A DNA stretch of 64,000 bases from an uncultured Poribacteria bacterium (GTDB lineage: Bacteria > Poribacteria > WGA-4E > WGA-3G). The translations under genes were made by a program, and so were the position numbers. The notes beneath the pieces were generated by a model that worked only from the letters and a program-made list of their open reading frames with translations, was not told where the DNA came from and searched no databases. The stretch lies in contig OX638351.1 in the NCBI GenBank assembly GCA_951813565.1, forward strand, positions 992,001-1,056,000. The letters are read 5' to 3'. Positions 11,301 through 20,764 of this stretch are shown piece after piece; position 1 is the first letter of the stretch; each line of letters starts with the position of its first letter.

Positions 11301-11808
11301 CGGGATATAAGTTAGATGTTTTAGACCCAGGAGGTTTAGCAGAGTCATTCCATTCTTGTGCATCTGGGAAAAAGGGATCAATTATTTGATTCGTGATTAA
11401 CGGTAGTTCTACGCTTTTGAATGAACTCTGTTTTTGGAGCACTGTTGCGGTAACGCTACTTGATGAGGGCATGCCGATTTGAACGGTATAGACAGGGAGT
11501 TTTGGTTTTCCTGTTTCGGTTGTCCATACGGCGCCATCAAATCCGATATGTGTTGCAGAGTTTCCGTTCAGTAATTGTTTTTCTATTTTAAGTTTGGGGA
11601 GTTGGAAACGCAGGATAAGGAAATGTGATGATTCTTTTATAACCTGTAGCGGATTTTCGTTGGATATTATGCGTGTGCTACCTATCAGTCCTGAATTTTG
11701 CGCTGTATCATAATTAGGATTACAAAACCCATCCACATTGAGTTCGGCATATATCACACCGATCATAAAACAGAGTAAAAATAGAGAAAATAAGAAACGT
11801 TTTGTCAT
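5305..11808 (-). CDS. Large secreted C25 (gingipain/PorU-like) cysteine peptidase with propeptide, Ig-like domains and a C-terminal FlgD/T9SS-type domain
   Basis: Signal peptide; GKPKLP propeptide; YVLLVGDA, GRL, catalytic YAGHG and ATTCLNG; C-terminal PNP...KIYTVSGRLIRT...WDGKD...NGVYLY. Confidence 0.85.
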   Translation of the reverse strand: MTKRFLFSLFLLCFMIGVIYAELNVDGFCNPNYDTAQNSGLIGSTRIISNENPLQVIKESSHFLILRFQLPKLKIEKQLLNGNSATHIGFDGAVWTTETGKPKLPVYTVQIGMPSSSSVTATVLQKQSSFKSVELPLITNQIIDPFFPDAQEWNDSAKPPGSKTSNLYPAETIKVVPVGFVRSQRVGALHIHPVQYNSTTQQIKITHDITFRIDFYGAPIDTAVPLSTHFLDSTAYENLYQTMLINNTQASSWRRRGDGTSRMQIQAAPAVPASNRRRFKTPITETTMYRITYNRLSSSGITPETIDLNSIRIETSGREQGFYIFDENQNETFDQEDMIVFYARAISNKFTDTNFYWFSFVPKGTENAVGEPEVSNTFRIGTRSGAPVTRDITPPDAFFTKLRFEENRLHDPLDGRNVKSELADHYFWTGFRGGNSGISTKKFSVELPGAVPRDINFERDAILRVKLQGASRKNAAKHKAVFYFNTNDGSKQLGREEEWLRQESVLIARNIPQNRIHDDEPNELRIDARDENDSPGGSYDFYLDWYEFEYWHNFRAKNNRLEFNSETEPEVSGKTHFKVSNFQTETIDVYKLNSSGLAAKLIDGKVTGGGNSYQILFEDDVTQYTNYFVIANHDYRIVNVLTEVPPSDLRNSTTQADYIVVTHKTFIESVQPLADFRRSQGLTVKVVDIDEIYDEFSGGIFNPFAIRTFLRIAYQTWQSPAPTYVLLVGDAHYDYKQVTKQLYATYDLYPNFVPTYHGWAPESGETAMDQRFVNIVGDDALPDMLIGRLSVQTPQELTGIIQKIIDYEENPKIGPWQATLVQVADDELNNPSDETFETSRDKLIQQIIPVGYNTKQIYLRKIRIQEEYEKKYVAETKKRILRAFSDGALVIEYAGHGGIHTWADEGIFHVDDATDLRNRYLPFVVATTCLNGKFDKPQQFGSHSLSEQLLLGKYGAIASLSASRLTYATANAQFDEDLFTTMFVREPFEAKQGQFEIKASQPSIGKIVTDAKIRFITRSNNSQWVPGTEQYILFGDPATRLALPTLDIQVELEDIALNSNKQITITNNEVGTYDTNRTWWKAENFSPEKLIASAIFQNHFDDDLQNDFTERSTQGRVWQGEYGRIQLKIPSNALPGRGFVRMFAYDAKRSALGGATFWVDTPIIADIREDLDAIETHALNVQVLVIDDLGADKGIRSIYVDWNDTINYKNHTTPMVKTEPPPGSELPEDGQWYHLQTPILLPLGGGKIRYRIYVTDSSGIEVVYPSANKRNEVDVPEGPNIAIATDGTSTAPIRYTFDKNTGKYILIAELINDGGRTVKTDIEVVFSEGNPDVGGDLQIDEGAEILGSITLNPDDWQEGDTVLQRTVVTLKLEENLATGVHKIYVLVDPEIDTTTDDIKGNIAEPSEFDNMLNITFIVNEFFYEPPEPLEAFSLDRVFDFEIPASAATVQGVRIPLTISSNAPFGLTQPSLRFASIPRVAALRRGLLRTGEERSQQYEVSFRASDITLIKPATLKLRFDVSGLEDIVRENTPWQENSKDFRAALIEEAEKLGIYAWHPSYEKWKRLPSQVSYTTGTEKPKPEDDKPIFQLENYVTPIQTENANRQPFPIENIKISPELTPAGIWVILFLDPTQYAVYLKRKHLPTFEKFDNPGQLDIPFREENYGIEFTIPKNWVVPPELDDDTPIVPFEFADILIFETDYSEGKAFLKGTRNQNIGNGTATVKAGTDPDQEFTEGEWFIFFLSSDFYELRDKTGEPLFFSNEEPVREKVNKTLFVSHLGFEILVTTGSEPFQFGDKIKFSSAQVGTITAQTTELTPFTLISSDDAKPPTFNLWVDGVKPQTGSVIAPRPHISILLEDTDGVNLDTLIIRRGDNGKPLKPISDYTLRNPKDVNTVPIDYKPILFPGEYAFEIEARDFNGNAIGGEAEKIQTRFIVIEMPDVTSPVVEILVNDEILVGEVSDANSLGELKNIGKNRITQQPHCEIRVTDETALDGSLLNITFNQIDVSDATQRYREFDMATWEFDVESPETANFSFAPDLPNGTYRLQVTATDTSENTTDLEAVFTLDESVTLTEVFNVPNPVENGKTFFTYQLAQPPDKVTIKIYTVSGRLIRTITEASANRGNNETYWDGKDETGIRCANGVYLYRVIAHIENGTVEKIGKLAILR

Positions 11809-12899
11809 TGTTGAGAACTCGCTAATTGTGTTGCTGCTGCTAATGCAGCGATAAGACTTGTTTCGCTTGCAATACCTTGTCCCGCGATGTCAAACGCTGT
11901 GCCATGGTCAACGCTTGTACGAACAATGGGTAAACCTAATGTGATATTCACAATCTGTCCAAATCCAATCAGTTTAATTGGGATATTTCCTTGGTCATGA
12001 TACATAGCGATGACAGCATCCCATTCACCACGGATTGCCTTTTTGAAAAGTGTATCTGCTGGAAGTGGACCATCAACTTGGAAACCTGCCGCGTGTACCT
12101 GCCGAATTGCTGGCTTGATATAGGTTTCTTCCTCTTTGCCGAACATACCCTCTTCCCCCGCATGTGGATTTAATCCTGCAACAACTAACCGTGGATATTC
12201 AATGCCGAACTGAATAAGAGCCTCATGTGTAATTTGGATGACGTCGCTTATTCTCTTCACTGAGAGTTGTTGTGAAACTTCAGCAATCGGAATATGGTTC
12301 GTGACAAAGGAGACTGTCAGATGTTCTATTGGGTTAGTTGAGGTAAAAGGATTTTTCTTCGTTTTTTCTAAATCGGCACTGAATCCTGACCCAAATTGAT
12401 GGGAGGTATCCCACGTTTTCAGCATCATAACAGGTTTTTCGGATTGTGTTAAGCTTGCGAGCATCTCAGTATGACCGGGAAAAGGTGAACCGGCACGTTG
12501 AATCGCTGCCTTACAAATTGGGGCGGTTGTTATACCGTCAAGCGTACCGTCCAGTGTGAGTTTCACTGCTGCTTCAATGGCTTTAACCGCGGCACTTCCG
12601 CACTGAGCATCTATTTTCCCATGCGAAAAGACATCAGGCGTCAGCGAACTTACATCAAGCACATCAATCCTTCCAGGCGTCGCGGTGGTTTGCTTCGTCG
12701 ATTGGATGGCGGAGATTTGGGGGGAATTTCCCGGACTCTTTGGAGATACCAACCTGAGTGCGTGCTGAATTATTGCCGCACTACCGATAACTACCGGTTG
12801 GCACATTTCATAGACGTTCTTATTTGTGAGAACTTTAACGATAATTTCGGGACCGATGCCAGCAGCATCACCCATTGTTATTCCGATACGTGGTAACAT
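11805..12899 (-). CDS. pdxA: 4-hydroxythreonine-4-phosphate dehydrogenase
   Basis: MGDAAGIGPE, GHTE, GLNPHAGE, MYHDQG and RTSVDHGTAFDIAG motifs. Confidence 0.95.
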   Translation of the reverse strand: MLPRIGITMGDAAGIGPEIIVKVLTNKNVYEMCQPVVIGSAAIIQHALRLVSPKSPGNSPQISAIQSTKQTTATPGRIDVLDVSSLTPDVFSHGKIDAQCGSAAVKAIEAAVKLTLDGTLDGITTAPICKAAIQRAGSPFPGHTEMLASLTQSEKPVMMLKTWDTSHQFGSGFSADLEKTKKNPFTSTNPIEHLTVSFVTNHIPIAEVSQQLSVKRISDVIQITHEALIQFGIEYPRLVVAGLNPHAGEEGMFGKEEETYIKPAIRQVHAAGFQVDGPLPADTLFKKAIRGEWDAVIAMYHDQGNIPIKLIGFGQIVNITLGLPIVRTSVDHGTAFDIAGQGIASETSLIAALAAATQLASSQQ

Positions 12900-13063
12900 T
12901 TTGATTTGGTATGGGACACGGAAAATGATAATGAATTATGAAAATAAATAGACGTTTCGGCGACAACCTCAGAGGAGCTCCCCCTCGGTAGACAGAGTTT
13001 CCCAGTCGTGCCAGGCACAATGTCTAAAGTAATTGTAAAATCTACTATATATGAATTGTGCTA

Positions 13064-13648
13064 CTACAAATGCCAAAACGACAAAAGACTTGTAAAGAGG
13101 TTAAAGAGAAAACAGTCTTTATTACGTTCAAAATTAGAGACATGTTTCAAATATGAATAGGTAATTACATCCAAGCTCCCAACGTTCTTTTTTAATGAGT
13201 TTCCATCGGTTGAAAATATCTGGCAAGACTTCAGGGTTAAACCCATGGTGTTCCTCAAGTGAAAGTCCGTTAATGATTCTGAAAACTTCAAAACATCTAA
13301 AATCTTATCTACAAACGGGTGAGACACGGTGATTATGACGCGTCCACCAGTTTTTAAGTAATGCCAGCAGGTATCAGCAACCTTAGAGAGTTCGGCTTCG
13401 GGGATGTGTTCCACAACAGCGAGTAGCGTGATGACATAAAAGCGATCACAAGTGCTGAAATCATGTGGGAAAGTTCCAGGGATCAACGTATAGGTTTCAC
13501 ATTCAATGGAAGTGGTGAGGATCGGATCAATGCCGATCCCTGATCGGATATGTGGACTGAGAAAACTTAAAAACGAACCCTCTCCCGCCCCAATATCTAA
13601 TACCAAATTAACGTAAGTCATATTGTGTTTTCCATTTTGCAAATCCAC
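13064..13648 (-). pseudogene. Class I SAM-dependent methyltransferase, frameshifted and 5'-disrupted
   Basis: VLDIGAGEG and LAVVEHI motifs. The plausible C-terminus (..SLEEHHGFNP..) switches frame near 13285. N-terminus appears lost next to IS630. Confidence 0.7.
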
Positions 13649-13700
13649 TGAAAACCGACATGTTCTTGCATTTATTTTTTGGACATGTTATTGTGATCAG

Positions 13701-14403
13701 ATGAAAAATAAAAAACATGGGTTTCCCCTCACTTTTCAGTAGAAGTTCTGAAACAAAGGTATCTTGAATGTGAATGTCCTATTGAACGGACGCACTGGCA
13801 TATTATTTGGCTTCTTGCTGATACCACACATCCGCGAACACCTCGCGAAGTTGCTGAGATTGTAGGATGCACGCCGGACTGGGTTCGGAAGTTGCTCAAA
13901 CGCTACAACGCTGAAGGCGAAGCAGCTATGCGAGACAAACGCAAAAACAATGGACGCCAGCGTATTTTGGATGAAACACAGCAAGCAGCCCTTGAAGCTG
14001 CACTTTCTTCGCCTCCTGCTGATGGCGGTCTGTGGACAGGTCCGAAGGTGGCTGCGTGGATATCCGAGACACTCAAGCGTCCTGTCAGTGATGTGTCAGG
14101 TTGGAAATATCTCAAGCGTCTCGGTTATACTTTACAAACACCTCGTCCTCAACATCAGTCAGCTGCAACACCAGATGAGCAGCAAGCATTAAAAAAAAAC
14201 TTAGGGAGCGGGTAGCTGAGCTTGAAGGTCAGCACCCGGAGAAATCGGTAGAAGTCTGGGCAGAAGACGAGGCACGCGTGGGATTATTGCCGGTTCATCG
14301 GCGTGTCTGGGCGAAGCAAGGTGAAAGACCGACAGCCTCGGTGCGTCCGTCATATAAATGGCTTTATGGTTTCGGTTTTGTCCGTCCACAGACGGGTGAT
14401 ACC
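13701..14403 (+). mobile_element. IS630-family transposase remnant
   Basis: HTH (VAEIVGCTPDWVRKLLKRYN), WTGPKVAAWI, A9C slippery site at 14191-14200, then WAEDEARVG. Frameshift at the start; truncated at 14403 by a MITE. Confidence 0.85.
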
Positions 14404-14461
14404 AAATTAACGGGATTTATCGCATTTTCCGGACGGTAGGTTCGGTTTCCTAACCGCTCCA

Positions 14462-14752
14462 TAACTGTCAATTTAAGAAAAAAAGCGTTTGTAGTCGTGC
14501 AATTCATTGCCAAATCAACGCCAAGCGCACTTGGGCGAATACGCGTGGTATTCGCCATGACTTGTCGCCTCGGACATTCTGTAGAAGCGAGCTCCAGCTC
14601 GCGACCGGGAGGTCGCTCCTACAGAAGAAAATCGGGGTTGAAAACCCGACAAATGCCAAAAAGCGCATTTGGCGTTGATTTGGCAGCATGCCAAACGCGC
14701 ATGCTGCGTTGATTCACTCCCACAAGAGGGTATATCCTTAAATTGACGCATA
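14462..14752. mobile_element. MITE family A (GTCAATTTAAG/CTTAAATTGAC)
   Basis: Perfect 11-bp IR at 14467-14477 and 14737-14747; contains REPs and mini-elements; relatives at 29934 and 56304. Confidence 0.7.
14648..14716 (+). repeat. Two tandem hairpin mini-elements (35 + 34 bp)
   Basis: GACAAATGC..GCATTTGGC-GTTGATTTG then GCAGCATGC..GCATGCTGC-GTTGATTCA, lying between AACCC and CTCCCACAA. Confidence 0.7.
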
Positions 14753-14918
14753 AGGTACGTTTTCCTAACTGCTCCATAAATATGAATCAAGTTAATGTGG
14801 TATTATACCGATTTTAGGGACTATCATCACACAAAATGATATGAAAGAGAAACAAACCATGAGTGGAACCCATTTGAGTCCTAAATTGCATTTTTGCATA
14901 TTGTATTCCTCCTAAATT

Positions 14919-15722
14919 TTAGCCATTAGTTATTGGTAAGTCTAGAAATGTAAAAGGATCAATCCCATCAGAAAAACTACGTATCTCAATACCGGGAGGT
15001 ATTTTGCCATTCCGGATTTGCTCCTTGTCTGCCTTCGAAACATTACTTCCAGCAAGTATCCTACTGGAATCTGAGCGAACGTCTATCAGAGGATCTTCTG
15101 TCGGCTTCCAATCTTCTGCTTCCTGGTGAACATACGCGACATTGGGATAAATGGGTAGAATAAGTCCATTGTTAAAAATTCCTGCAGTGAAGCTTGTATC
15201 CCCTTGGTTGTAAAGTTTTATGAGAACACGACCCATGAGTTCCATTCTTTTACAGAAATCATCACCAAACTTTTCCTGAAGCACCTCTAGTCTGGTCCAG
15301 GAGGGACGAAGTGGATACCCTTCCGGTATTTTCGGATACGGGCCAAAACCGTAAGGTGAAACAGTTGCTGCATCCGTATTTTCCGGTAATGGTGTTTCCA
15401 AAAGAACGTCTTCGGGTTCGCTGGAGTCGGTGTCCTTCGTCACCAACCCAGGATCCGTCTGTGTTATAGGTTTCTCTAAGGTTTGCGTTATATTTTCCGC
15501 AGGTGTGTTGGTTTTATCTTCCACCACATTCTTGGGATCCGCCTTCTGGTTTTTTTTCCATTGACGTACTATTTCTGCGGTATCAGCTACCTCTTGCTTG
15601 TAAGGTGCTATACTGTGGTTATACCATAGATAACACAGCCCTGCTACAAGGAGTAGGCACACAATGCCACCAAGTATCCATTGTAAAGTTGTAGGATAAT
15701 ACTTGATTTCTCGGTTTTTCAT
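14919..15722 (-). CDS. Hypothetical single-pass membrane protein
   Basis: N-terminal TM helix, low-complexity linker, VSPYGFGPYPKIPEGYP motif. Confidence 0.7.
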   Translation of the reverse strand: MKNREIKYYPTTLQWILGGIVCLLLVAGLCYLWYNHSIAPYKQEVADTAEIVRQWKKNQKADPKNVVEDKTNTPAENITQTLEKPITQTDPGLVTKDTDSSEPEDVLLETPLPENTDAATVSPYGFGPYPKIPEGYPLRPSWTRLEVLQEKFGDDFCKRMELMGRVLIKLYNQGDTSFTAGIFNNGLILPIYPNVAYVHQEAEDWKPTEDPLIDVRSDSSRILAGSNVSKADKEQIRNGKIPPGIEIRSFSDGIDPFTFLDLPITNG

Positions 15723-15800
15723 TGTTAGATCCCAAATTATGAAAAAACAGAATACGCGGTAACGTAGTTTTTCATTCAGATTTACGCCACTCACAACAAT

Positions 15801-15829
15801 GGTATAACACGAATTTCGATAAATGTCAA
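15801..15829 (-). promoter_or_regulatory. Putative sigma70 promoter
   Basis: TTGACA-17 bp-TATACC on the minus strand. Confidence 0.45.
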
Positions 15830-15863
15830 ATTTTTTTCAAATATTTGCAGAATTTTTCAGGAT

Positions 15864-16154
15864 TTATAGTAAATTTTTCATATTATTTGGACATTCGACA
15901 AGACGATACAGTGTTGCCGCACGGGTTTTAGGGACATTACCTGTCGGTATTTCAAGAACCTCGTAAGTTAATTCCTTTGCCTTCTCTGTGGGGAGCGGGT
16001 CTGAAATTATTGTAATGCGATCACCGACACTGAGTGCTTTACCAGCTTTTGCTGGGTTCATATTGACTAAAACATTGCCGCGGCTACACAGTGTATTCGC
16101 AGTTGTCCGGCGCTTGACGAGTCGTGAAATTTGTAAAAATTTGTCTACTCGCAT
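15864..16154 (-). CDS. S4-domain RNA-binding protein (Hsp15/YabO-like)
   Basis: MRVDKFLQISRLVKRRT...GNVLVN..AK...VGDRI. Confidence 0.9.
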   Translation of the reverse strand: MRVDKFLQISRLVKRRTTANTLCSRGNVLVNMNPAKAGKALSVGDRITIISDPLPTEKAKELTYEVLEIPTGNVPKTRAATLYRLVECPNNMKNLL

Positions 16155-16193
16155 CTTCCCGTGTTATCCAAATTAATCCTTTTGCACGCGTTT

Positions 16194-18686
16194 TCAGTTT
16201 CCAGTTTGTCCAATTGCGTCTGGATTCTGTAACACTGCATCGTCTGCAGCAGGTGCAATTCCATCATGTTCGCTTTCAGAATCGTCTTCAGTTTCTTTTA
16301 TTAGTGCTAATTCCAAAACCTGCGTGATGTCGTTAACCTGATGCCATCGGATGTTTTCTCGAATTTCGTTTGGGACATCTGCGAGGTCTTTCTCATTTTC
16401 CTCAGGCATGATGATGTCAACAATTCCGTTTCTATACGCTGCGAGTGATTTCTCTTTAAGCCCACCAATCGGAAGAACATGTCCACGGAGGGTAATTTCA
16501 CCAGTCATTGCGACATCTTTGCGTACCTTTTTCCCTGTTATGGCACTAAGAATTGCTGTTGCGACAGTGATTCCAGCTGAGGGCCCGTCTTTGGGCACTG
16601 CGCCTTCAGGAATATGGATATGGATATCATGTTTTTCAAAAGTCTCTTTAGAGATGTCAAAATGCTTGGCTCGCGATCGGAGATATGCTACGGCTGTTTG
16701 GACGGATTCCCGCATGACCTCTTGGAGTTGTCCTGTCATATCCAACTTTCCTTCACCCGGCATGAGGGTTGCTTCTACAGAGACAATATCGCCACCGACC
16801 TGTGTCCAAACCATTCCTGTTGAAACACCGACTTCATCATGCTCTTGTGCTTTGGTTCGAGTCCACTTTGGCGGTCCGAGATAGTCACTTAAATTGAGAG
16901 CGGTAACCTTAGCTTTCAGATCCGGCGTATCATCAGTAACGATCTGCTTGGCAATTTTCCGGCAAACGCTGGTAATATTGCGTTCCAGATTTCGCACGCC
17001 TGCTTCACGGGTGTATTTGTGGACTATGTCAAAAATGGCAGAATCCGCAAACGTGATATTTTCTTCCTTTAAGCCGTGGCTTTTCAACTGCTTTGGAATG
17101 AGTCCGTTTGGGTGAAAGGTCGCTATTTTATGTTTTTCAAAATCGGTGTATCCGGGTAATTCAATCACTTCCATTCGGTCCTCAAGCGCGGCTGGGATTG
17201 TGATACGCGTATTGGCTGTAGTAACAAACATGACATCCGAAAGGTCAAATTCAACATCTAAGTAATGGTCTCGGAAAGTTTCATTCTGTTCCGGGTCAAG
17301 AACTTCAAGGAGTGCCGATGCAGGATCACCGCGCCAATCCGAACTCAGTTTATCAATTTCATCAAGCAGGAAGAGCGGATTCTTCACTTTCACGTCACGT
17401 AATCCTTGAATAATACGTCCTGGGATAGCGCCGATATAGGTTCGGCGATGGCCGCGGATTTCAGCCTCATCGCGTACGCCGCCAAGGGACATTCGGACAA
17501 ATTTTCTACCGGTTGCGCGTGCTATAGATTTACCTAATGATGTCTTACCAACACCTGGGGGACCGACTAAACAGAGGATAGGTCCTTTTAGCTGTTCAAC
17601 CAATTTCAGGACAGCAAGGTATTCTAAGACATTTGATTTGGGTTTATCTAACCCGTAATGGTCTTCATTGAGGATATTTTCTGCTTGATCAATCTCAATG
17701 GAATTTTCGGTGCGCTCTTTCCAAGGGACAGCAAGGAGCCAATCGACATAGTTGCGAATAACCCCAGATTCCGCGGACATAGGCGGTATTTGTGCAAGAC
17801 GGTCAATTTCCTTGAGTGCCTTCTTTTCGGCTTCTTCAGTCATTCCAGCATTTTTGACTTGCTCGCGTAAATCATCAATTTCATCAATTTCATCCCCGCG
17901 ACCGAGTTCGCGCTGAATAGCTTTCATCTGCTCTTGAAGGTAGAATTCACGATGGGTTTTTTGAACAGATTCGCGAACTTCGTTGTGAATTTCTTCTTTC
18001 AGGTCAAGCAGGTCCATGTCAGCTTCAAGGAGTGCGATGACAAAATTGAGCCGTTTGATAGGATTAAGTTCTTCAAGTATTTCTTGGCGTTTCAGTGCAG
18101 GCAGGTCGGCAAAACGCGCTATGTTATCAGCAAGGATACCCGGTTCTACTAAGGCGCGTATGTGCCTTTCTGCATCGGGAAGGATGCGTTTTTGATGTGC
18201 CTTGGCATACCCTCGAAAAGCGCTTTTCGCCTCTTTTATGAGTGCTGCAGCAGCATCTGCTACCCCGGTAAGTTCAGAAACGATTTTTACTGCAGCTTGT
18301 AAGTAACCGTCAACTTGTGTGCAGCGTGCGACTATTGCGCGGTCAGATGTCTCTATAGCAATACGAAGTGTCCCATCTTCGGGATCGTAGGGTTCGACAA
18401 TTTTCGCTACAATCCCAACGGTATGAAGGTCTTTGGGTTCGGGTTCTGCGTCTTCCTCAAGTTCACTTTTTTGATGAAGGAGCAAGACCTTCCAATTTGT
18501 GTTGAGTGCCTCGCGTGCGGCATGGACACCCATTTTGCGTGCAATGGTCAGCGGTGTCCAATCCATTAGTCTTTGGTCAACAACAGCTTTGGTTTTTGGA
18601 AAAAAGGTCTCAAAATTAGGCGGCAAAGCGATAACTGGTAACAAGATAGCGGAATCGCTTACAGGTCTTTCAGTTTCTTGGCTCAT
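16194..18686 (-). CDS. lon: Lon protease
   Basis: GPPGVGKTS, RGHRRTYIGA, PKDGPSAG and IGGLKEK motifs. Confidence 0.98.
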   Translation of the reverse strand: MSQETERPVSDSAILLPVIALPPNFETFFPKTKAVVDQRLMDWTPLTIARKMGVHAAREALNTNWKVLLLHQKSELEEDAEPEPKDLHTVGIVAKIVEPYDPEDGTLRIAIETSDRAIVARCTQVDGYLQAAVKIVSELTGVADAAAALIKEAKSAFRGYAKAHQKRILPDAERHIRALVEPGILADNIARFADLPALKRQEILEELNPIKRLNFVIALLEADMDLLDLKEEIHNEVRESVQKTHREFYLQEQMKAIQRELGRGDEIDEIDDLREQVKNAGMTEEAEKKALKEIDRLAQIPPMSAESGVIRNYVDWLLAVPWKERTENSIEIDQAENILNEDHYGLDKPKSNVLEYLAVLKLVEQLKGPILCLVGPPGVGKTSLGKSIARATGRKFVRMSLGGVRDEAEIRGHRRTYIGAIPGRIIQGLRDVKVKNPLFLLDEIDKLSSDWRGDPASALLEVLDPEQNETFRDHYLDVEFDLSDVMFVTTANTRITIPAALEDRMEVIELPGYTDFEKHKIATFHPNGLIPKQLKSHGLKEENITFADSAIFDIVHKYTREAGVRNLERNITSVCRKIAKQIVTDDTPDLKAKVTALNLSDYLGPPKWTRTKAQEHDEVGVSTGMVWTQVGGDIVSVEATLMPGEGKLDMTGQLQEVMRESVQTAVAYLRSRAKHFDISKETFEKHDIHIHIPEGAVPKDGPSAGITVATAILSAITGKKVRKDVAMTGEITLRGHVLPIGGLKEKSLAAYRNGIVDIIMPEENEKDLADVPNEIRENIRWHQVNDITQVLELALIKETEDDSESEHDGIAPAADDAVLQNPDAIGQTGN

Positions 18687-18697
18687 GGTTTGCTCCT

Positions 18698-19984
18698 TTA
18701 CGCAGTTTTGAGGGCTTCAGACGCGGTGTTAATTAATTCAGGGGGACTCTTGCCTAAAACACTATCTTCGGTAATTTGACATGTATGAACTTTAGTAAGT
18801 GAGGGTATCTGATACATGGTTTCCAGCATAATCTTTTCCATAACAGCTCGTAAGCCACGGGCTCCTGTTTCGCGTTCAATAACCTGATGTGCGATAGCAG
18901 AGAGCGCGTCATCGGTTACATCAAATTGCACACCTTCGTATGCTAAAAGTTGCCGATATTGTTTGACAAGCGCGTTTTTCGGTTCAGTAAGAATTCTAAT
19001 CAGGGCGGATTCATCTAATTCATGGAGGTTTGCAACGACAGGTAACCGACCAATTAGTTCAGGGATAAATCCATACTTGATCAAATCTTTTGCGGTAGCA
19101 TGCTCCAGAATTTCGTGAATCTTCTGTTTCTGTTTGGATTGAATTTCTGAACCGAAGCCAATACTCTGTTTTCCCAATCTATTTTTGATAAGGTTTTCTA
19201 ACCCGATAAAAGTTCCGCCACAGATAAAGAGGACATTTTTAGTATCAACTTCTAACATTTCTTGGTGTGGATGTTTTCGTCCCCCACGGGGTGGAACGTT
19301 AGCGATGGTACCTTCTAATATTTTAAGAAGTGCTTGCTGCACCCCTTCACCAGAAACATCACGAGTAATAGATGGATTTTCGGATTTACGGGTAATTTTG
19401 TCTATTTCGTCTATGTAGATGATACCGGTTTGTGCACGTTTGATGTTCCCGTCTGCTGCCTGAACAAGTTTGAGGATAATGTTTTCTACGTCTTCACCGA
19501 CATAACCAGCTTCCGTGACGGTAGTTGCATCGGCGATGGCAAATGGAACATTTAATACTTTTGCGAGAGTTTGTGCGAGCAGCGTTTTTCCTGTTCCGGT
19601 GGGACCTATCAAAAGAATGTTACTTTTATCTAATTCAACATCGTTAGTGTTATCATGTTGCAGGCGTTTATAGTGTGTGTAAACAGCGACAGAAAGGGTT
19701 TTTTTTGCGTGTTCTTGTCCGATAACGTATTCATCAAGCTTCGCTTTAATCTCAGACGGTTCAAGGAGTAACACTGGCGGCTGAATATCTTCCTCGTTGG
19801 GCTCTTCAACATCGGGGGGCGGTTCCGGTAGATCGGCATGATTTATTTGGGCGAGTTTTCTATTACAATAATCAACGCACACGTCGCAGATATACGCCTC
19901 GGCTCCCTGAAGGAGTCGGTTCACTTGGCTGCTTTCTCTATTGCAGAATGAGCAATATACTCTACCGTCAATGGATTCTGACAT
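18698..19984 (-). CDS. clpX: ClpX ATPase
   Basis: CSFC/CDVC zinc finger, [25 protein letters not shown] loop. Confidence 0.98.
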   Translation of the reverse strand: MSESIDGRVYCSFCNRESSQVNRLLQGAEAYICDVCVDYCNRKLAQINHADLPEPPPDVEEPNEEDIQPPVLLLEPSEIKAKLDEYVIGQEHAKKTLSVAVYTHYKRLQHDNTNDVELDKSNILLIGPTGTGKTLLAQTLAKVLNVPFAIADATTVTEAGYVGEDVENIILKLVQAADGNIKRAQTGIIYIDEIDKITRKSENPSITRDVSGEGVQQALLKILEGTIANVPPRGGRKHPHQEMLEVDTKNVLFICGGTFIGLENLIKNRLGKQSIGFGSEIQSKQKQKIHEILEHATAKDLIKYGFIPELIGRLPVVANLHELDESALIRILTEPKNALVKQYRQLLAYEGVQFDVTDDALSAIAHQVIERETGARGLRAVMEKIMLETMYQIPSLTKVHTCQITEDSVLGKSPPELINTASEALKTA

Positions 19985-20025
19985 TCTTCCCTCCGACTTA
20001 TAAAAGGCGTACCTTAAATTTTTTT

Positions 20026-20616
20026 CTACTGGCGATGGGCAACAACTGTATCAACGATGCCATATTCAAGCGCTTCTTGGGCAGTCATATAAAAATCTCG
20101 GTCAGCATCTGTTTCGATTTTTTTTAAACTTTGTCCCGTGTGCTGTGCTAAAATAGAGTAAAGGCGTTCCCGTTCTCGCAAAATTTCGTTGGCGTGGATG
20201 CTGATATCCGTTGCTTGTCCACTAATACCGCCCGCCATAGGTTGATGGATAAGTGCCTTGGCATGTGGCAGTGCATATCGTTTGCCAGGAGTGCCAGCTG
20301 CCAGTAGGACAGCTCCCATGCTATAGGCCCGTCCTAAACACCAAGTTTGAACATCTGCTTTTATATATTGCATTGTGTCGTAAATTGCCAAACCTGCTGA
20401 GACTGAACCTCCCGGTGTATTCAGGTAAAGGATAATATCCGCATCTGGGTCTTTACCTTCAAGGAAAAGCATCTGCGCGGTAACCAGATTCGCTACAGTA
20501 TCGTCTTCAATCGCAGACCCGATCATGATAATTCGGTCTTCAAGTAACCGAGAATAGATATCGTAGGACCTTTCGCCTCGGTTTGTTTGTTCAACAACAA
20601 AAGGGACAAGATTCAT
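20026..20616 (-). CDS. clpP: ClpP protease
   Basis: [28 protein letters not shown]. Confidence 0.98.
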   Translation of the reverse strand: MNLVPFVVEQTNRGERSYDIYSRLLEDRIIMIGSAIEDDTVANLVTAQMLFLEGKDPDADIILYLNTPGGSVSAGLAIYDTMQYIKADVQTWCLGRAYSMGAVLLAAGTPGKRYALPHAKALIHQPMAGGISGQATDISIHANEILRERERLYSILAQHTGQSLKKIETDADRDFYMTAQEALEYGIVDTVVAHRQ

Positions 20617-20764
20617 TTTAGTGTCCGTAGGAACGATGTATGTTTATTTTGTGTTATATTCAAATCTTATGAATTAGTTCACAATCTTATTATTTCGTGA
20701 TATGAGGTGATGAAGAATGCTTGTTATAAAACGAATATTTGCTAACAACTCATTTAATTTGGAA

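Larger units (their letters stand above)
14399..14803. mobile_element. MITE (ATACCAAATTAAC ends) carrying nested elements
   Basis: 13-bp IR with 1 mismatch (GTTAATGTGGTAT at 14791-14803); same ends as 57249-57339. Confidence 0.65.

Noticed and set aside
12940..13030. Possible riboswitch upstream of pdxA (CGACTGG..GGGGAGC, ZTP-like fragments)
   Set aside because: Lacks the GTGG/CCAC and CGCCTGGGCA elements; better explained as a degenerate GGTAG REP.
14648..14716. CRISPR-like tandem palindromic repeats
   Set aside because: Only two adjacent units with no spacers and no cas genes.
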